Positions 19,096 to 28,376 of a stretch of DNA of 35,183 bases are shown piece by piece. The stretch covers positions 1 through 35,183 of the forward strand of contig DASRGZ010000098.1 in NCBI GenBank assembly GCA_035650735.1, written 5' to 3'. Positions within the stretch are counted from its first letter, which is position 1, and each line of letters starts with the position of its first letter. A model generated the notes under the pieces. The model made no database searches and was not told where the DNA came from. It saw only the letters and a program-made list of their open reading frames with translations. The translations under genes and the position numbers were made by a program. The DNA comes from Chthonomonadaceae bacterium. Lineage in GTDB: Bacteria; Armatimonadota; Chthonomonadetes; Chthonomonadales; Chthonomonadaceae.

Positions 19096-22000
19096 CTTCC
19101 GCAGCACGTTGCGGCAGATGACGGCGGCGACTCGCTTGCCGTAGCCTCCGTTCTCCACGACGCAGGCGAAGGCGTAGCGCGGGCCATCGGCGGGGGCAAA
19201 GCCGATGAACCAGGAATGCGGCTGGCGGTCGGCCTGGTGGTTCTGCGCCGTGCCGGTCTTGCCGGCGACGGGCACGCCCAGCCCCTCAAAGACGCCGCGC
19301 GCCGTGCCGCCCGTCACCACACTGCGCATCAGTTCCCGCAGGGTCGCCGCGGTCTGCGGGGCCATCGCCTGCGCCAGAACCTTCGGCGCAATCACCCGCT
19401 TGGCGCGCGCGTCTTTCGGATCGGCGATGGCGGTCAGGAAGCGCGCCTTCATCATCTTCCCCTCATTGGCAGCAGAGGCGGCCAGCCGCGCCATCTCCAG
19501 CGGCGAGGCCAGCATCCGGCCCTGCCCATAACCGATGTCGGGCAGGTCGGCGTCGAAGGCGGCCTGCGGCGGAGTAAAGTGGAAGCCCATCTTCTCGGCC
19601 AGCGTCTTGCGGAAGGTCTCCGCGCCGATATGCACCGCCAGGTTGGCAAAGTAGATGTTGGAGGAGACGCGGAACGCCGGGGCCAGGCCGAGCGTGCCGA
19701 AGGAGGGATCGCCCACGTCATCGCGCACGTTGCGGCGCACGTAGGTCTTGCCGTGCGCTCGCCAGCGAATCTCTGGGTCCACCTGGTTGCAGGGCACGCG
19801 CAGATCCGAGACGCCGTTATCCAGCGCGCAGGCCGCTGTCGCCACCTTGAGCGTCGAGCCGGGCGGATAGACCCCGTAGACGGCGCGGTTGATGAAGACG
19901 TGCTCGCGCTCCGCGTCCGGCCCGGTCACGTACTGGCGCATCCGCTCCGGAGTCAGGATGTTCGGGTCGAAGGTCGGCAAGGTCGCCGCCACCAGCACGT
20001 CGCCCGTCTCCGGGTCCATCAGGACGAAGGCCGCGCGATCCTTGACCTTGCCGGTCTGCTTATCCTTTAACTGCCAGGCCGTCTCCTGGAGCAGATGCTG
20101 CACGCGGCGCTGCAAGTCGGCGTCCACCGTGAGATGGAGGTCCAGGCCGCGCCGCGTGTGGTGCCAGGGCCAGGGCATGTCCTTGCTGCGGTAATCGGTT
20201 AGCAATTCCCCGAACCGCTTGAAGCCGCGCAGCTCCGCGTTGTAGCCCCGCTCGAAGCCGAACGGCCCACCGACCGCCGGATCGAGATATCCGACCAGAT
20301 GCGCCAGCGCCGGGCCGTAAGGATAAAGTCGGGTATGCGCCTCGATCAACCGCCGCGCCTTCGGGATGTCCGGCACGAGCTTAAGGATCTCGTCCGGGCG
20401 GGAGGTCGCCAGGACCTTGCCGTTGCGGTCGTAGAGGCTGCCGCGCTCGATCTGGCGCTCCATCGCCAGCAGGCGCGGGTTCTGATGGGGCCGCGCCACG
20501 CCGTCGGCATCCGGGGTGAGGATGGGCCGGGTGGCGATCTCGTCGGCCTGGATCGCCTGCATCCAGCCGAGCCGCCCCAGGCCAATCACGCCGAGCAGCA
20601 CCAGCGCATAGGTCACGGCAAACCGGCGGGCGGCGCGCGTCACCTCCGGTTTTGCCTCCAGCGCGGGCGTATTGCCGGTCGCGTGCGCCGAGATGCCACG
20701 TAGCAACCCAAGAAGGGCGAAATTGGCCACCAGCGCGCTGTTGCCGTAGGAGAGGAACGGCAGAGAGATGCCCGTCAGCGGCAACAGCCCGGTGATGCCG
20801 CCGAGGATCAGGAAAGTTTGCAGGCCCAGCAGCGCCGTCAGGCCGAACGCCAGGGCGCGGTCGAAGTGGTTGGCGGCGCGCAGCGCGATACGCAGGCCGC
20901 GCCAGACCAGCACGGTGTAGGCCATCAGCGCCAGCCACGCCCCCAGAAGCCCCGTCTCCTCCGCCCAACTGACAAACGCCAGGTCCGAGCCGCTGCGCGG
21001 CAGCGTCTCCGGCATCCCCAGCCCCAGGCCGCTGCCCTCCGCCCCGCCCGAAGCCAGCGCCCAGTACGCCTGCCCCAACTGCATCCCGTTCGGATGCGCG
21101 TTGGCAAAGGGCGCGCGCCACATATCCACGCGCGTGGCAAAGACGCCCACGTGACGCGCATAGCCCACGAACGCGCCCAATGCAATCAGCGCCAGGCCCG
21201 CCCAAACGAAGCCGCTGCGCCCGGTCGTCAGATAGAGCAGGGCCACAAACGTCGCAAACAGCAGCAGGCCGGGGCCGAGGTCTTTGAGCACGAAGAACAG
21301 CGTGAGGGCAGCCAGGAACATGACCACGACCGGCCCGATGTCCTGGGCGCGGGGCAGCGCAAGGGAGAAAGTTGGGTGTCCGTCGGCGCGCTTGACGGCC
21401 TGGAACTTCGGCGGGGTCCAGCGCGCGGAGGCATCGGCGATTAGGCCAGCGCGGTCGGCCAGGTAGCTGGCAAGAAAGAAGACCAGCAGCAGCTTGATGA
21501 TCTCGACGGGCTGGAAGTGGAACAGGTTGAGCTTGACGCCCTCCGGCCCGCTCCCGAACAGCCAGAGCGCAACGACCAGCGCCACCGCCGCAAACACCCA
21601 CACATACTGATAGTGCTTGATGCGCCGGCGTGCCTCCGGTGCCAGACGCGCCAGGGCCAGCATCACCATGAGCGCGAGCGCCAGCCCGGCCAGGTGGTGT
21701 TCATAAACGGCCCGGTCCCGCAGGGGGTCTTTCACGCTGAAGAGCAGGACAACGCCCAGTCCGGACAGCAGCAGGGCCAGCGGGATCAGGAACGGGTCGC
21801 CCCCGATGCCGCGCTGCCGCAGCCAGGGCGGAAGGAGCAGCACGGCCAGCCCCAACAGTCCGGCCCCAAGCCAATAATGCCAGAGCACTTGCGCCGGTCG
21901 GCGTACGAGCAGGCGCTTCCCTACTGGGCGTATCTGCGCCGGGTCGAGGAGGGGTGCGCGCCGCAGCCAGCGCGAGCCGGCCAGGAGGGGGCTAGAGGAG

Positions 22001-22497
22001 CGGGCAACGACAGGGGCTACCTGGGTCCTGGTTCCCCCTTCCCTCTCCGCAGCAACGGCACCCGCCTCCGGCACAGTCGGCGGAGGCAGCAGGGAACCGC
22101 GGTAGGCGGCGAGACGGCGCGCAATGGCCGGAGAGACCCCCAGTACGGCGGCAAATTGCCTCGGAGTGGCCGTTCCAGGGTCCAGGTTAGCCCGGCGCAG
22201 CGTCTCCGCAAGCCGGTCGGCCTCGGCGGGCGTAAACAGGGGCACCTCCCCTATCTGGTCCACGCTCTCGAAGCCGCCCCACTGCGTTCGCCAGGTAATC
22301 AGCCGCTCGGCAATGTCCCTCTCCACCCCCAGCGTCAGGGCGAAGGTGGCGGCGGAGGCTTCGTTGACCATCACGGCGTCGGAGGGCATCTCCGCGCTCC
22401 ACTTGGCCAGAAAGACCAGCAGCAGCGCGGGCATGAGGATGGCGAGGACGGCAAGGGTAAGTTTGCGTTCTATTGTGCGGGCAGCGCGTTCGCGCAC
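19087..22497 (-). CDS. Fusion of helix-hairpin-helix (ComEA-like) domains, FtsW/RodA (SEDS) glycosyltransferase and class B PBP transpeptidase
   Basis: HhH-like VNEASAATFALTLGVERDIAERLITWR..GGFESVDQI; SEDS FQPVEIIK, KDLGPGL, GLGLG, SDLAF, LPLTGISLPFLSYGNS; PBP STLK, SSN, KTGT; start codon uncertain. Confidence 0.88.
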   Translation of the reverse strand: MRERAARTIERKLTLAVLAILMPALLLVFLAKWSAEMPSDAVMVNEASAATFALTLGVERDIAERLITWRTQWGGFESVDQIGEVPLFTPAEADRLAETLRRANLDPGTATPRQFAAVLGVSPAIARRLAAYRGSLLPPPTVPEAGAVAAEREGGTRTQVAPVVARSSSPLLAGSRWLRRAPLLDPAQIRPVGKRLLVRRPAQVLWHYWLGAGLLGLAVLLLPPWLRQRGIGGDPFLIPLALLLSGLGVVLLFSVKDPLRDRAVYEHHLAGLALALMVMLALARLAPEARRRIKHYQYVWVFAAVALVVALWLFGSGPEGVKLNLFHFQPVEIIKLLLVFFLASYLADRAGLIADASARWTPPKFQAVKRADGHPTFSLALPRAQDIGPVVVMFLAALTLFFVLKDLGPGLLLFATFVALLYLTTGRSGFVWAGLALIALGAFVGYARHVGVFATRVDMWRAPFANAHPNGMQLGQAYWALASGGAEGSGLGLGMPETLPRSGSDLAFVSWAEETGLLGAWLALMAYTVLVWRGLRIALRAANHFDRALAFGLTALLGLQTFLILGGITGLLPLTGISLPFLSYGNSALVANFALLGLLRGISAHATGNTPALEAKPEVTRAARRFAVTYALVLLGVIGLGRLGWMQAIQADEIATRPILTPDADGVARPHQNPRLLAMERQIERGSLYDRNGKVLATSRPDEILKLVPDIPKARRLIEAHTRLYPYGPALAHLVGYLDPAVGGPFGFERGYNAELRGFKRFGELLTDYRSKDMPWPWHHTRRGLDLHLTVDADLQRRVQHLLQETAWQLKDKQTGKVKDRAAFVLMDPETGDVLVAATLPTFDPNILTPERMRQYVTGPDAEREHVFINRAVYGVYPPGSTLKVATAACALDNGVSDLRVPCNQVDPEIRWRAHGKTYVRRNVRDDVGDPSFGTLGLAPAFRVSSNIYFANLAVHIGAETFRKTLAEKMGFHFTPPQAAFDADLPDIGYGQGRMLASPLEMARLAASAANEGKMMKARFLTAIADPKDARAKRVIAPKVLAQAMAPQTAATLRELMRSVVTGGTARGVFEGLGVPVAGKTGTAQNHQADRQPHSWFIGFAPADGPRYAFACVVENGGYGKRVAAVICRNVLRKLF

Positions 22498-22568
22498 GGC
22501 GGCGGGATTTCCTTCTTCGGGGAGTTACTTATCCGTATGGACGGACGGCAGAGGGCTTTGGCTTCAGT

Positions 22569-22604
22569 AAAAAACGCGAGGCGGCATCCTCTGCCGGCCT
22601 CGCG
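22569..22604 (-). terminator. Intrinsic terminator after secG
   Basis: Minus strand CGCGAGGCCGGCA...TGCCGCCTCGCG followed by TTTTTT. Confidence 0.75.
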
Positions 22605-22627
22605 CCAAGTTCCGTTCCGGGGCGGAC

Positions 22628-22879
22628 TTAAAAGTGATACCAGCGGTTCGTGCCGTAGGCGACCAGGACCGAGACGACAAAAAAGGCGATACCAATGTTG
22701 CGCGCCAGCAGATTCAGGCGCTCCTCGCGGCCCGCCATGCCCTTAAACGACCCGGTCGTTGTAGAGCCGATCTGGCCGGTCAAGCCCTCGTTCTTGCTTT
22801 CCTGCGAGGTAACGACGATTATCAAGGCCAGGCCAAGCACAGCCTGTAAGAAACAGAGCAGCAAGTAGATGTATTGCAT
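22628..22879 (-). CDS. secG: Preprotein translocase subunit SecG
   Basis: 83 aa; TM-Q.SK.EGL.G.IG loop-E..L...-TM architecture. Confidence 0.8.
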   Translation of the reverse strand: MQYIYLLLCFLQAVLGLALIIVVTSQESKNEGLTGQIGSTTTGSFKGMAGREERLNLLARNIGIAFFVVSVLVAYGTNRWYHF

Positions 22880-22972
22880 ATCGGTGGCAATCCCCTCTTT
22901 GCCGCAGCGAGGCGCCGCAGCGGCACACTTCTCCCAGATCAGACGTCTTCAGGTGGTTATGGTTTCACAGCC

Positions 22973-23248
22973 TTAGGCGCGGCGGCGCTCTCGCTCCTCG
23001 CGCTCGCGGCGTATCTCCGCCTCCACGCGCGCGCGGACTTCGCGCTCATGCTCCTCATCCGTGCGGGCCTGGGCCTCACGGTCGCGGCGCAGCTCGTCGT
23101 CCTCATGCATGCCCTTCTTGAACTCCCGCATGCCCTGGCCGAGTCCGCGCATCAGCTCCGGTAGCTTCTGGCCTCCGAACAGCACCAGAACGACGACGAG
23201 AACGATAATCCAGGGCAGCGGATTATTATAGAACGCAAGAGTCTCCAT
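22973..23248 (-). CDS. tatA: Twin-arginine translocase TatA/E family subunit
   Basis: VVLVLFGGQKLPELMRGLGQGMREFKK. Confidence 0.88.
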   Translation of the reverse strand: METLAFYNNPLPWIIVLVVVLVLFGGQKLPELMRGLGQGMREFKKGMHEDDELRRDREAQARTDEEHEREVRARVEAEIRREREERERRRA

Positions 23249-23307
23249 CTAAAGTAATCTCCTTCAGTTCACCCCCGCGCGTGCGGGGAATAAACCTAAA
23301 TCTATCC

Positions 23308-23763
23308 TTATGGGCTGCGCGGTACGGTGCCTTCGGCGGGACGTGGGCTAGTCTCCCGCGGGCTGACCGGGGTCGAATGAGAGGTCGATCCAGCCTCCGA
23401 CGCGGACGGCCCCAGCCCCACGCCGTAGTCGGCGGAAGCGTCCGCCAGCGCCGCGGCAGCGAAATCGCCGCGCGGGGTCTCCGGTGCGGAGAGAGCGGCC
23501 TGCGCCTGCGTCTCCGATCTCCAGGCATCCTCCTCTACTGTGGAGGAGTGCCCATAGTCGCCATAGCGCGGCGGGGTATAAGTCGTATCGTAAGGATCGT
23601 CCAGGTGCAGGGCATTGGTGAATTCGCTCGTCGTGCGCTTGAGCTCCCGCAGGGCGCGGCCCAATTGCTGCCCGATCTCAGGCAGCTTCTGCGGCCCGAA
23701 GAGGATCAGCAGGACAACCAGCACCACCATCAGTTGAATAGGGCTATCTATAAACGCCAGCAT
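23308..23763 (-). CDS. Twin-arginine translocase TatA/TatB family subunit
   Basis: LLILFGPQKLPEIGQQLGRALRELK; FGP hinge and long disordered tail are TatB-like. Confidence 0.85.
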   Translation of the reverse strand: MLAFIDSPIQLMVVLVVLLILFGPQKLPEIGQQLGRALRELKRTTSEFTNALHLDDPYDTTYTPPRYGDYGHSSTVEEDAWRSETQAQAALSAPETPRGDFAAAALADASADYGVGLGPSASEAGSTSHSTPVSPRETSPRPAEGTVPRSP

Positions 23764-23798
23764 AAGCGATCTACCTCATTCCCGGAGCGCAGCACTGC

Positions 23799-24755
23799 TC
23801 ACCGACAGCGAGCCAGTGGCCGCACCTGCGCCTGCGCGGCTAATTCATAGATGGATTGCCGGGAGCAGAACCCGGCGCCGATAACGGCGGCATTAGCGGC
23901 GCCCGCCCCCGTCGCCAGGCGCAAAGCATACGCGGCATCGCCCGGCTCTTCGCCGTGCCGCCAGGCCCACACAAACGCCGCCACAAACGAATCGCCAGAG
24001 GCCACCGCGCTCGCAAACGGAATGGACGGCGGGACGGCGGACCAGACTCCGGCATCTGTAACTAAGAGCGCGCCCTGCGCGCCGCGCGTGATGGCGACCA
24101 CGGCAACGCCGTCGGCATGGAGCGCGCACGCCGCCTCCACGATCTCTGCCTCGCCCGGCAGCGGCCTGCCCAGGACGCTCTCCAGCTCAAAGCGGTTGGG
24201 CTTGACCATCCAGGGATGGGCGCACAGCCCTTCCCGCAGGGCCGGGCCGCTGGCATCCAGCACCGCCGGCGTGCCCGTCTGCCGGGCGATCCCGATCAGA
24301 TCGGCGTAGAGCGTCGCGGGCGTCTGTGGCGGCAGGCTCCCGCTCAAGACGATAAAATCAAAGCGTTGTTGAGAGAGCAGGCGCTCCACACGCTGGCAGA
24401 GCACGCGCACGGCACGCGCCGGGATCTCCGGCCCGTATTCATTGACTTCCGTTTGCGTGCCGTGCTTCGGGTCCACAATGGCGATGCACAGCCGCGACTC
24501 GCCGCGCACGTGCAGGAACGCATCCTCGATACGCTCTTCCGCCAGCGCCCGCGCCACGATCCGACCGTTGTTGCCGCCCAGAAAGCCGGTCGCGACCGCT
24601 GTGCCGCCCAGCGTCTGGTAGACACGGGCGACGTTAACGCCTTTGCCGCCCGCCACCGTGCGCGCCTCGGAAGGACGATGCACGCGGTCCAGGCAAAAAT
24701 CTTCCACGCGGTACGTCTTATCTACCGCGGCGTTGGGCGTGACCGTCAGGATCAA
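23799..24755 (-). CDS. 1-phosphofructokinase family hexose kinase (PfkB)
   Basis: ILTVTPNAAVD, AGGKGVNVA, LSGSLP, VKPN..E, ASGDSFVA. Confidence 0.92.
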   Translation of the reverse strand: MILTVTPNAAVDKTYRVEDFCLDRVHRPSEARTVAGGKGVNVARVYQTLGGTAVATGFLGGNNGRIVARALAEERIEDAFLHVRGESRLCIAIVDPKHGTQTEVNEYGPEIPARAVRVLCQRVERLLSQQRFDFIVLSGSLPPQTPATLYADLIGIARQTGTPAVLDASGPALREGLCAHPWMVKPNRFELESVLGRPLPGEAEIVEAACALHADGVAVVAITRGAQGALLVTDAGVWSAVPPSIPFASAVASGDSFVAAFVWAWRHGEEPGDAAYALRLATGAGAANAAVIGAGFCSRQSIYELAAQAQVRPLARCR

Positions 24756-24827
24756 GCGCGCCTGTCTCCTGCCTGCTTTCTCTTATCCTACGTGCGGCGG
24801 CGCCTCAGGATTTCCGCGCCGCCCAAC

Positions 24828-24856
24828 TTGACAAATTTTACCACATGCCGTATAAT
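24828..24856 (+). promoter_or_regulatory. Consensus sigma70 promoter for tRNA-Leu
   Basis: TTGACA-17 nt-TATAAT, exact consensus. Confidence 0.9.
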
Positions 24857-24900
24857 TTAGCAACAAAACGACGCGCTTTCGCAGGCGCGCTTGCTAACCT

Positions 24901-24983
24901 GCCCAGGTGGTGAAATGGCAAACACGCTGGCTTCAGGTGCCAGTGCCCGCAAGGGCTTGGAGGTTCAACTCCTCTCCTGGGCA
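24901..24983 (+). tRNA. tRNA-Leu (CAG)
   Basis: Acceptor GCCCAGG/CCTGGGC, anticodon arm CTGGC-TTCAGGT-GCCAG, long variable arm GCCC-GCAA-GGGC, GGTTCAACTCC T-arm, discriminator A; CCA not encoded. Confidence 0.96.
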
Positions 24984-24992
24984 TACGGATTT

Positions 24993-25020
24993 CGGGCCGG
25001 TCTAAAGACCGGCCCGTTGT
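24993..25020. terminator. Hairpin between convergent tRNA-Leu and comEA, probable terminator
   Basis: CGGGCCGGTCT-AA-AGACCGGCCCG then TTGT. Confidence 0.65.
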
Positions 25021-25055
25021 GCGTTTGGGTGGCAACCGGCGCCCGGCGCGATAAC

Positions 25056-25823
25056 TTACCGCACGCGCACGAAAGGCCGCATCTTCTCGAACTTCTTCTC
25101 GCCGATCCCGGAGACCTGCAACAGATCCTCGACGCTCTGGAAGCCGTGGTTCTCCTTGCGAAACTCCAGCAGGCGCTCCGCCATCGCCGGGCCGACGCCA
25201 GGAAGCCGCTGCAATTGTTCCGCAGTAGCCGTGTTGAGGTTGATAGTGCCCTGGGCCGGGTGGGTCAGCTTGCCGGGTTTGCCGCTGCCGCCCTTACGGC
25301 CTGCCTTGCTCACGCCGCCCGTGCCTGGAGCGGCCTTACTCTGGGTTTTCGTGGCGGCGCTATACGCGGCAGGCGAGGCGACTTCGGCGGGAGCGCCGCC
25401 TTCAGGTTGCTCCTTGCGCGTCGGGAAGTAGAGCTGGCAACCGTCCTCCAGACGTGCCGCCAGGTTGACGGCATCTGTGTTGGCTTCAGGCTTCGGACCG
25501 CCGGCAGCTTTCAGGGCATCTTCACCACGGGCGCCAGGCCGCAGGTGATACACGCCGGGCTTGCGCACCGCGCCTGCCACATGCACGACGACCTCCCTGG
25601 ACGGCTCCCCATCTGCAACCGGCTTCGGATCAGGCAGAGAATTGCCGGGCGGCGAAACAGGCTGCGGAGAGGATGCTTCCTGGGAAGGCGGCTCACGCAA
25701 TATTATTCCAGAAGAGGAAGCCGACGAGAGCACATTCCGCCCGGCAGACAGCCCTACAATCCCTATCACCAGAACCAGCAGTACCATCAAACCGACCGCC
25801 TGCTTGCGCGAAGGATTTCCCAT
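25056..25823 (-). CDS. comEA: ComEA family DNA-binding competence protein (TM-SLBB-HhH)
   Basis: VVVHVAGAVRKPGVY SLBB; INLNTATAEQLQRLPGVGPAMAERL..F.SVEDLLQVSGIGEKKFEK; start uncertain. Confidence 0.9.
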   Translation of the reverse strand: MGNPSRKQAVGLMVLLVLVIGIVGLSAGRNVLSSASSSGIILREPPSQEASSPQPVSPPGNSLPDPKPVADGEPSREVVVHVAGAVRKPGVYHLRPGARGEDALKAAGGPKPEANTDAVNLAARLEDGCQLYFPTRKEQPEGGAPAEVASPAAYSAATKTQSKAAPGTGGVSKAGRKGGSGKPGKLTHPAQGTINLNTATAEQLQRLPGVGPAMAERLLEFRKENHGFQSVEDLLQVSGIGEKKFEKMRPFVRVR

Positions 25824-25842
25824 CCGCTTCCCCTTTCGTGGT

Positions 25843-26526
25843 TCAAAACTCACTGTTGCTTTGCTGGCCGGGATCGTTGGGCCAGCCTTGCGCGCCGATA
25901 AGCGGCACAAAGGCGCAGCCGCCGTGTTCGTGGGTGAAGGCACGGCCTGCGCTGTCTTTGGTGATGACGGTGAGGGTTTGCAGGCCGGGCTCGCCGACCG
26001 GGATAATCAGCCGCCCTTCCGGGGCCAACTGGGCGATCAGTGCTTCCGGCACGCGCGGCGAGGCGGCGGCGACGTGGATGCGGTCGTAGGGAGCGGCGGC
26101 AGCGTAGCCTTCCGAGCCGTCGCCTATCCGCACTGTGACATTGGTGTAGCCGAGTTCGGCGAGGCGGACGCGCGCCTGCTCGCCCAGGGCGGCGTGTCGC
26201 TCCACGGTGATGACCTCGCGCGTCAGCTCCGCCAGCACCGCCGCGCCATAGCCGGAGCCGGTGCCGACATCCAGCACGCGCTCACAGCCGGTTAGTTTGA
26301 GCATTTGCGCCATCAGCGCCACCATCAGCGGCTGCGAGATCGTCTGCTCCTGGCCGATGGGTAGCGGCCTGTCCTCATACGCCTCGGCAGCCGCCTCCGG
26401 CGGCACAAAGCGGTGGCGAGGGACGCGGCGCATGACCTCCAGCACGCGCAGGTCAAAAATGTCCCGCGCTTGTAGATGCTCGCGCACCATGCGCTCTCTC
26501 GCGGCGGCAAACGCTCTTTCGTCCAT
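25843..26526 (-). CDS. pcm: Protein-L-isoaspartate O-methyltransferase
   Basis: VPRHRFV, AYEDRPLPIG..QTISQP, VLDVGTGSGY, APYDRI, FVPL. Confidence 0.94.
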   Translation of the reverse strand: MDERAFAAARERMVREHLQARDIFDLRVLEVMRRVPRHRFVPPEAAAEAYEDRPLPIGQEQTISQPLMVALMAQMLKLTGCERVLDVGTGSGYGAAVLAELTREVITVERHAALGEQARVRLAELGYTNVTVRIGDGSEGYAAAAPYDRIHVAAASPRVPEALIAQLAPEGRLIIPVGEPGLQTLTVITKDSAGRAFTHEHGGCAFVPLIGAQGWPNDPGQQSNSEF

Positions 26527-28095
26527 TCAGTGTTCCGGTTTCATCAAGGGAAAGAGGATTACGTCTCGGATGCTTTCTGCCCCGGTCAGCACGATAGCCA
26601 GGCGGTCCACGCCGACGCCCAGGCCGCCCGTCGGCGGCATGCCGTACTCCATGGCGCGCAGGAAGTCCTCGTCCATCGGATGCGCCTCCACATTGCCCGC
26701 CGCCAGTTGCGCTGCCTGCGCCTCGAACCGCTCGCGCTGGTCCAGCGGGTCGTTGATCTCGGAGAAGGCGTTGCCGAGTTCCTGCGTCGCGAGGTAGACC
26801 TCAAAGCGGCGGGCCAGGCTCGGATTGTCGGGATGCTTCTTGGCCAGCGGCGACGTTTCAATCGGGAAATCCGTGATGAACGTCGGCTGGATCAGATGCG
26901 GCTGCGTGTACTGCTCATGCAGCTTCTCAATCAGGCCACCCAGCGTGGTTTCCTTCTCCAGATCAAACGGAACGCCGATGCGCCGGCAGGCGGCCTTGGC
27001 CGCTTCCAGCGATGTCAGCTCTTCTGGCGCGATGCCCGCATAGCGCCGAATACCTTCGAGTATCGGCAGGCGCGTCCAGGGACGCAGAGAGAGGTCTATC
27101 GTCTGTCCCTCGTAGGCGAAGGTCGGCGTGCCGTTGACCGCCTCGCAGATGGAGAGATACATCTCCTCCACGAGCTCCATCATGTCTTCCAGGTTAGCGT
27201 AAGCCTGGTAGAGTTCCATCAGAGTGAACTCCGGATTATGGCGAGTATCTATGCCCTCATTGCGGAAAACGCGCCCGATCTCATAAACCTTCTCGAACCC
27301 GCCGATGATCAGGCGCTTGAGGAACAGTTCCAGCGCGATACGCAACTTGAAATCATAATCCAGCGCATTATGATGGGTGAGGAAGGGACGCGCCGCCGCG
27401 CCGCCCGCGACGAGTTGCAGCACCGGCGTCTCCACTTCCAGGAAGCCGCGCGAATCCAGAAAGTTACGCATGGCCCGGATGATCTTGCTGCGCTGGGTCA
27501 GGATACGGCGCGACTCCGGGTTGGCCAGCAGGTCGAGATAGCGCTGGCGGTAGCGCTCCTCTTTGTCGGTCAGGCCGCTATGGACGCGGCCCTCCTCGTC
27601 GAGCTTACCCATCGGGACGGGGCGCAGGGCCTTGGCCGCTAGCGTAAACTCCTGAACATGGATGCTGATCTCGCCGGTGCGGGTGCGGAAGACAAAGCCA
27701 CGCACGCAGAGAATGTCGCCCAGGTCTAAGTCTTTGAACTGTTCGTAAGCCTCTTCGCCCAGGTCGTCGCGTCGCGCGTAGAGCTGAACGCGCCCGGATT
27801 CGTCGCGCAGGTGTGCAAAGCTGGCCTTGCCCATGAGGCGGCGGGCATCAAGCCGCCCCGCCACGGAGACGGTCTTGCCCTCCAGTTGGGCAAAGCTCGC
27901 CTCGTCGGTAATCTGGGCTGCCGTGTGGGTGCGCTCACAGCGCTCGACGCGAAACGGGTCGCGGCCCTGCGCGCGCAATGCCAGCAGCTTCTGAAGCCGC
28001 TGCGCCTGCTGATCGCCCAACTCTTCCGGGCGCTGTCCCTCTTGATCGCTCACCTTCAAATCGCCTCGTTCCGAATTTATTGACTGGTCAGGCAT
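26527..28095 (-). CDS. lysS: Lysine--tRNA ligase (class II)
   Basis: RYRQRYLDL, EVETP, RVFRNEG..HNPEFT, YGMPPTGGLGVGVDRL; alternative GTG start at 28053. Confidence 0.97.
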   Translation of the reverse strand: MPDQSINSERGDLKVSDQEGQRPEELGDQQAQRLQKLLALRAQGRDPFRVERCERTHTAAQITDEASFAQLEGKTVSVAGRLDARRLMGKASFAHLRDESGRVQLYARRDDLGEEAYEQFKDLDLGDILCVRGFVFRTRTGEISIHVQEFTLAAKALRPVPMGKLDEEGRVHSGLTDKEERYRQRYLDLLANPESRRILTQRSKIIRAMRNFLDSRGFLEVETPVLQLVAGGAAARPFLTHHNALDYDFKLRIALELFLKRLIIGGFEKVYEIGRVFRNEGIDTRHNPEFTLMELYQAYANLEDMMELVEEMYLSICEAVNGTPTFAYEGQTIDLSLRPWTRLPILEGIRRYAGIAPEELTSLEAAKAACRRIGVPFDLEKETTLGGLIEKLHEQYTQPHLIQPTFITDFPIETSPLAKKHPDNPSLARRFEVYLATQELGNAFSEINDPLDQRERFEAQAAQLAAGNVEAHPMDEDFLRAMEYGMPPTGGLGVGVDRLAIVLTGAESIRDVILFPLMKPEH

Positions 28096-28227
28096 CTAGG
28101 TAGACACTCCCAGCCGTGTGGATCAATCTCACGCAGCCTGCTGCTGAGGAGATACGTCCACACCGTTGGGAGGGATTACCGGCATCTATGATTCCGGCTG
28201 TTATTTACGCCCTCGAGTAAATCATGC

Positions 28228-28258
28228 AACAAAGGAGCGGAACACATCGTTCCGCTCC
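28228..28258 (-). terminator. Terminator-like hairpin between greA and lysS
   Basis: GGAGCGGAAC / GTTCCGCTCC 10-bp stem followed by TTTGTT on the minus strand. Confidence 0.6.
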
Positions 28259-28376
28259 CTCGCCGAGATGCCGGGAAGCGGGCCGGATATGCCCTGGTAT
28301 CCCGGCGGTGATCGAGACAGATCCCTACTCTCTGTTTATCCCGGCGGCATGGGTTTGTTGCGCTTACTGCCTGCGT

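Noticed and set aside
24901..25055. tRNA-Leu as the integration site of a genomic island
   Set aside because: No integrase and no duplicated tRNA 3' end seen; flanking genes are housekeeping
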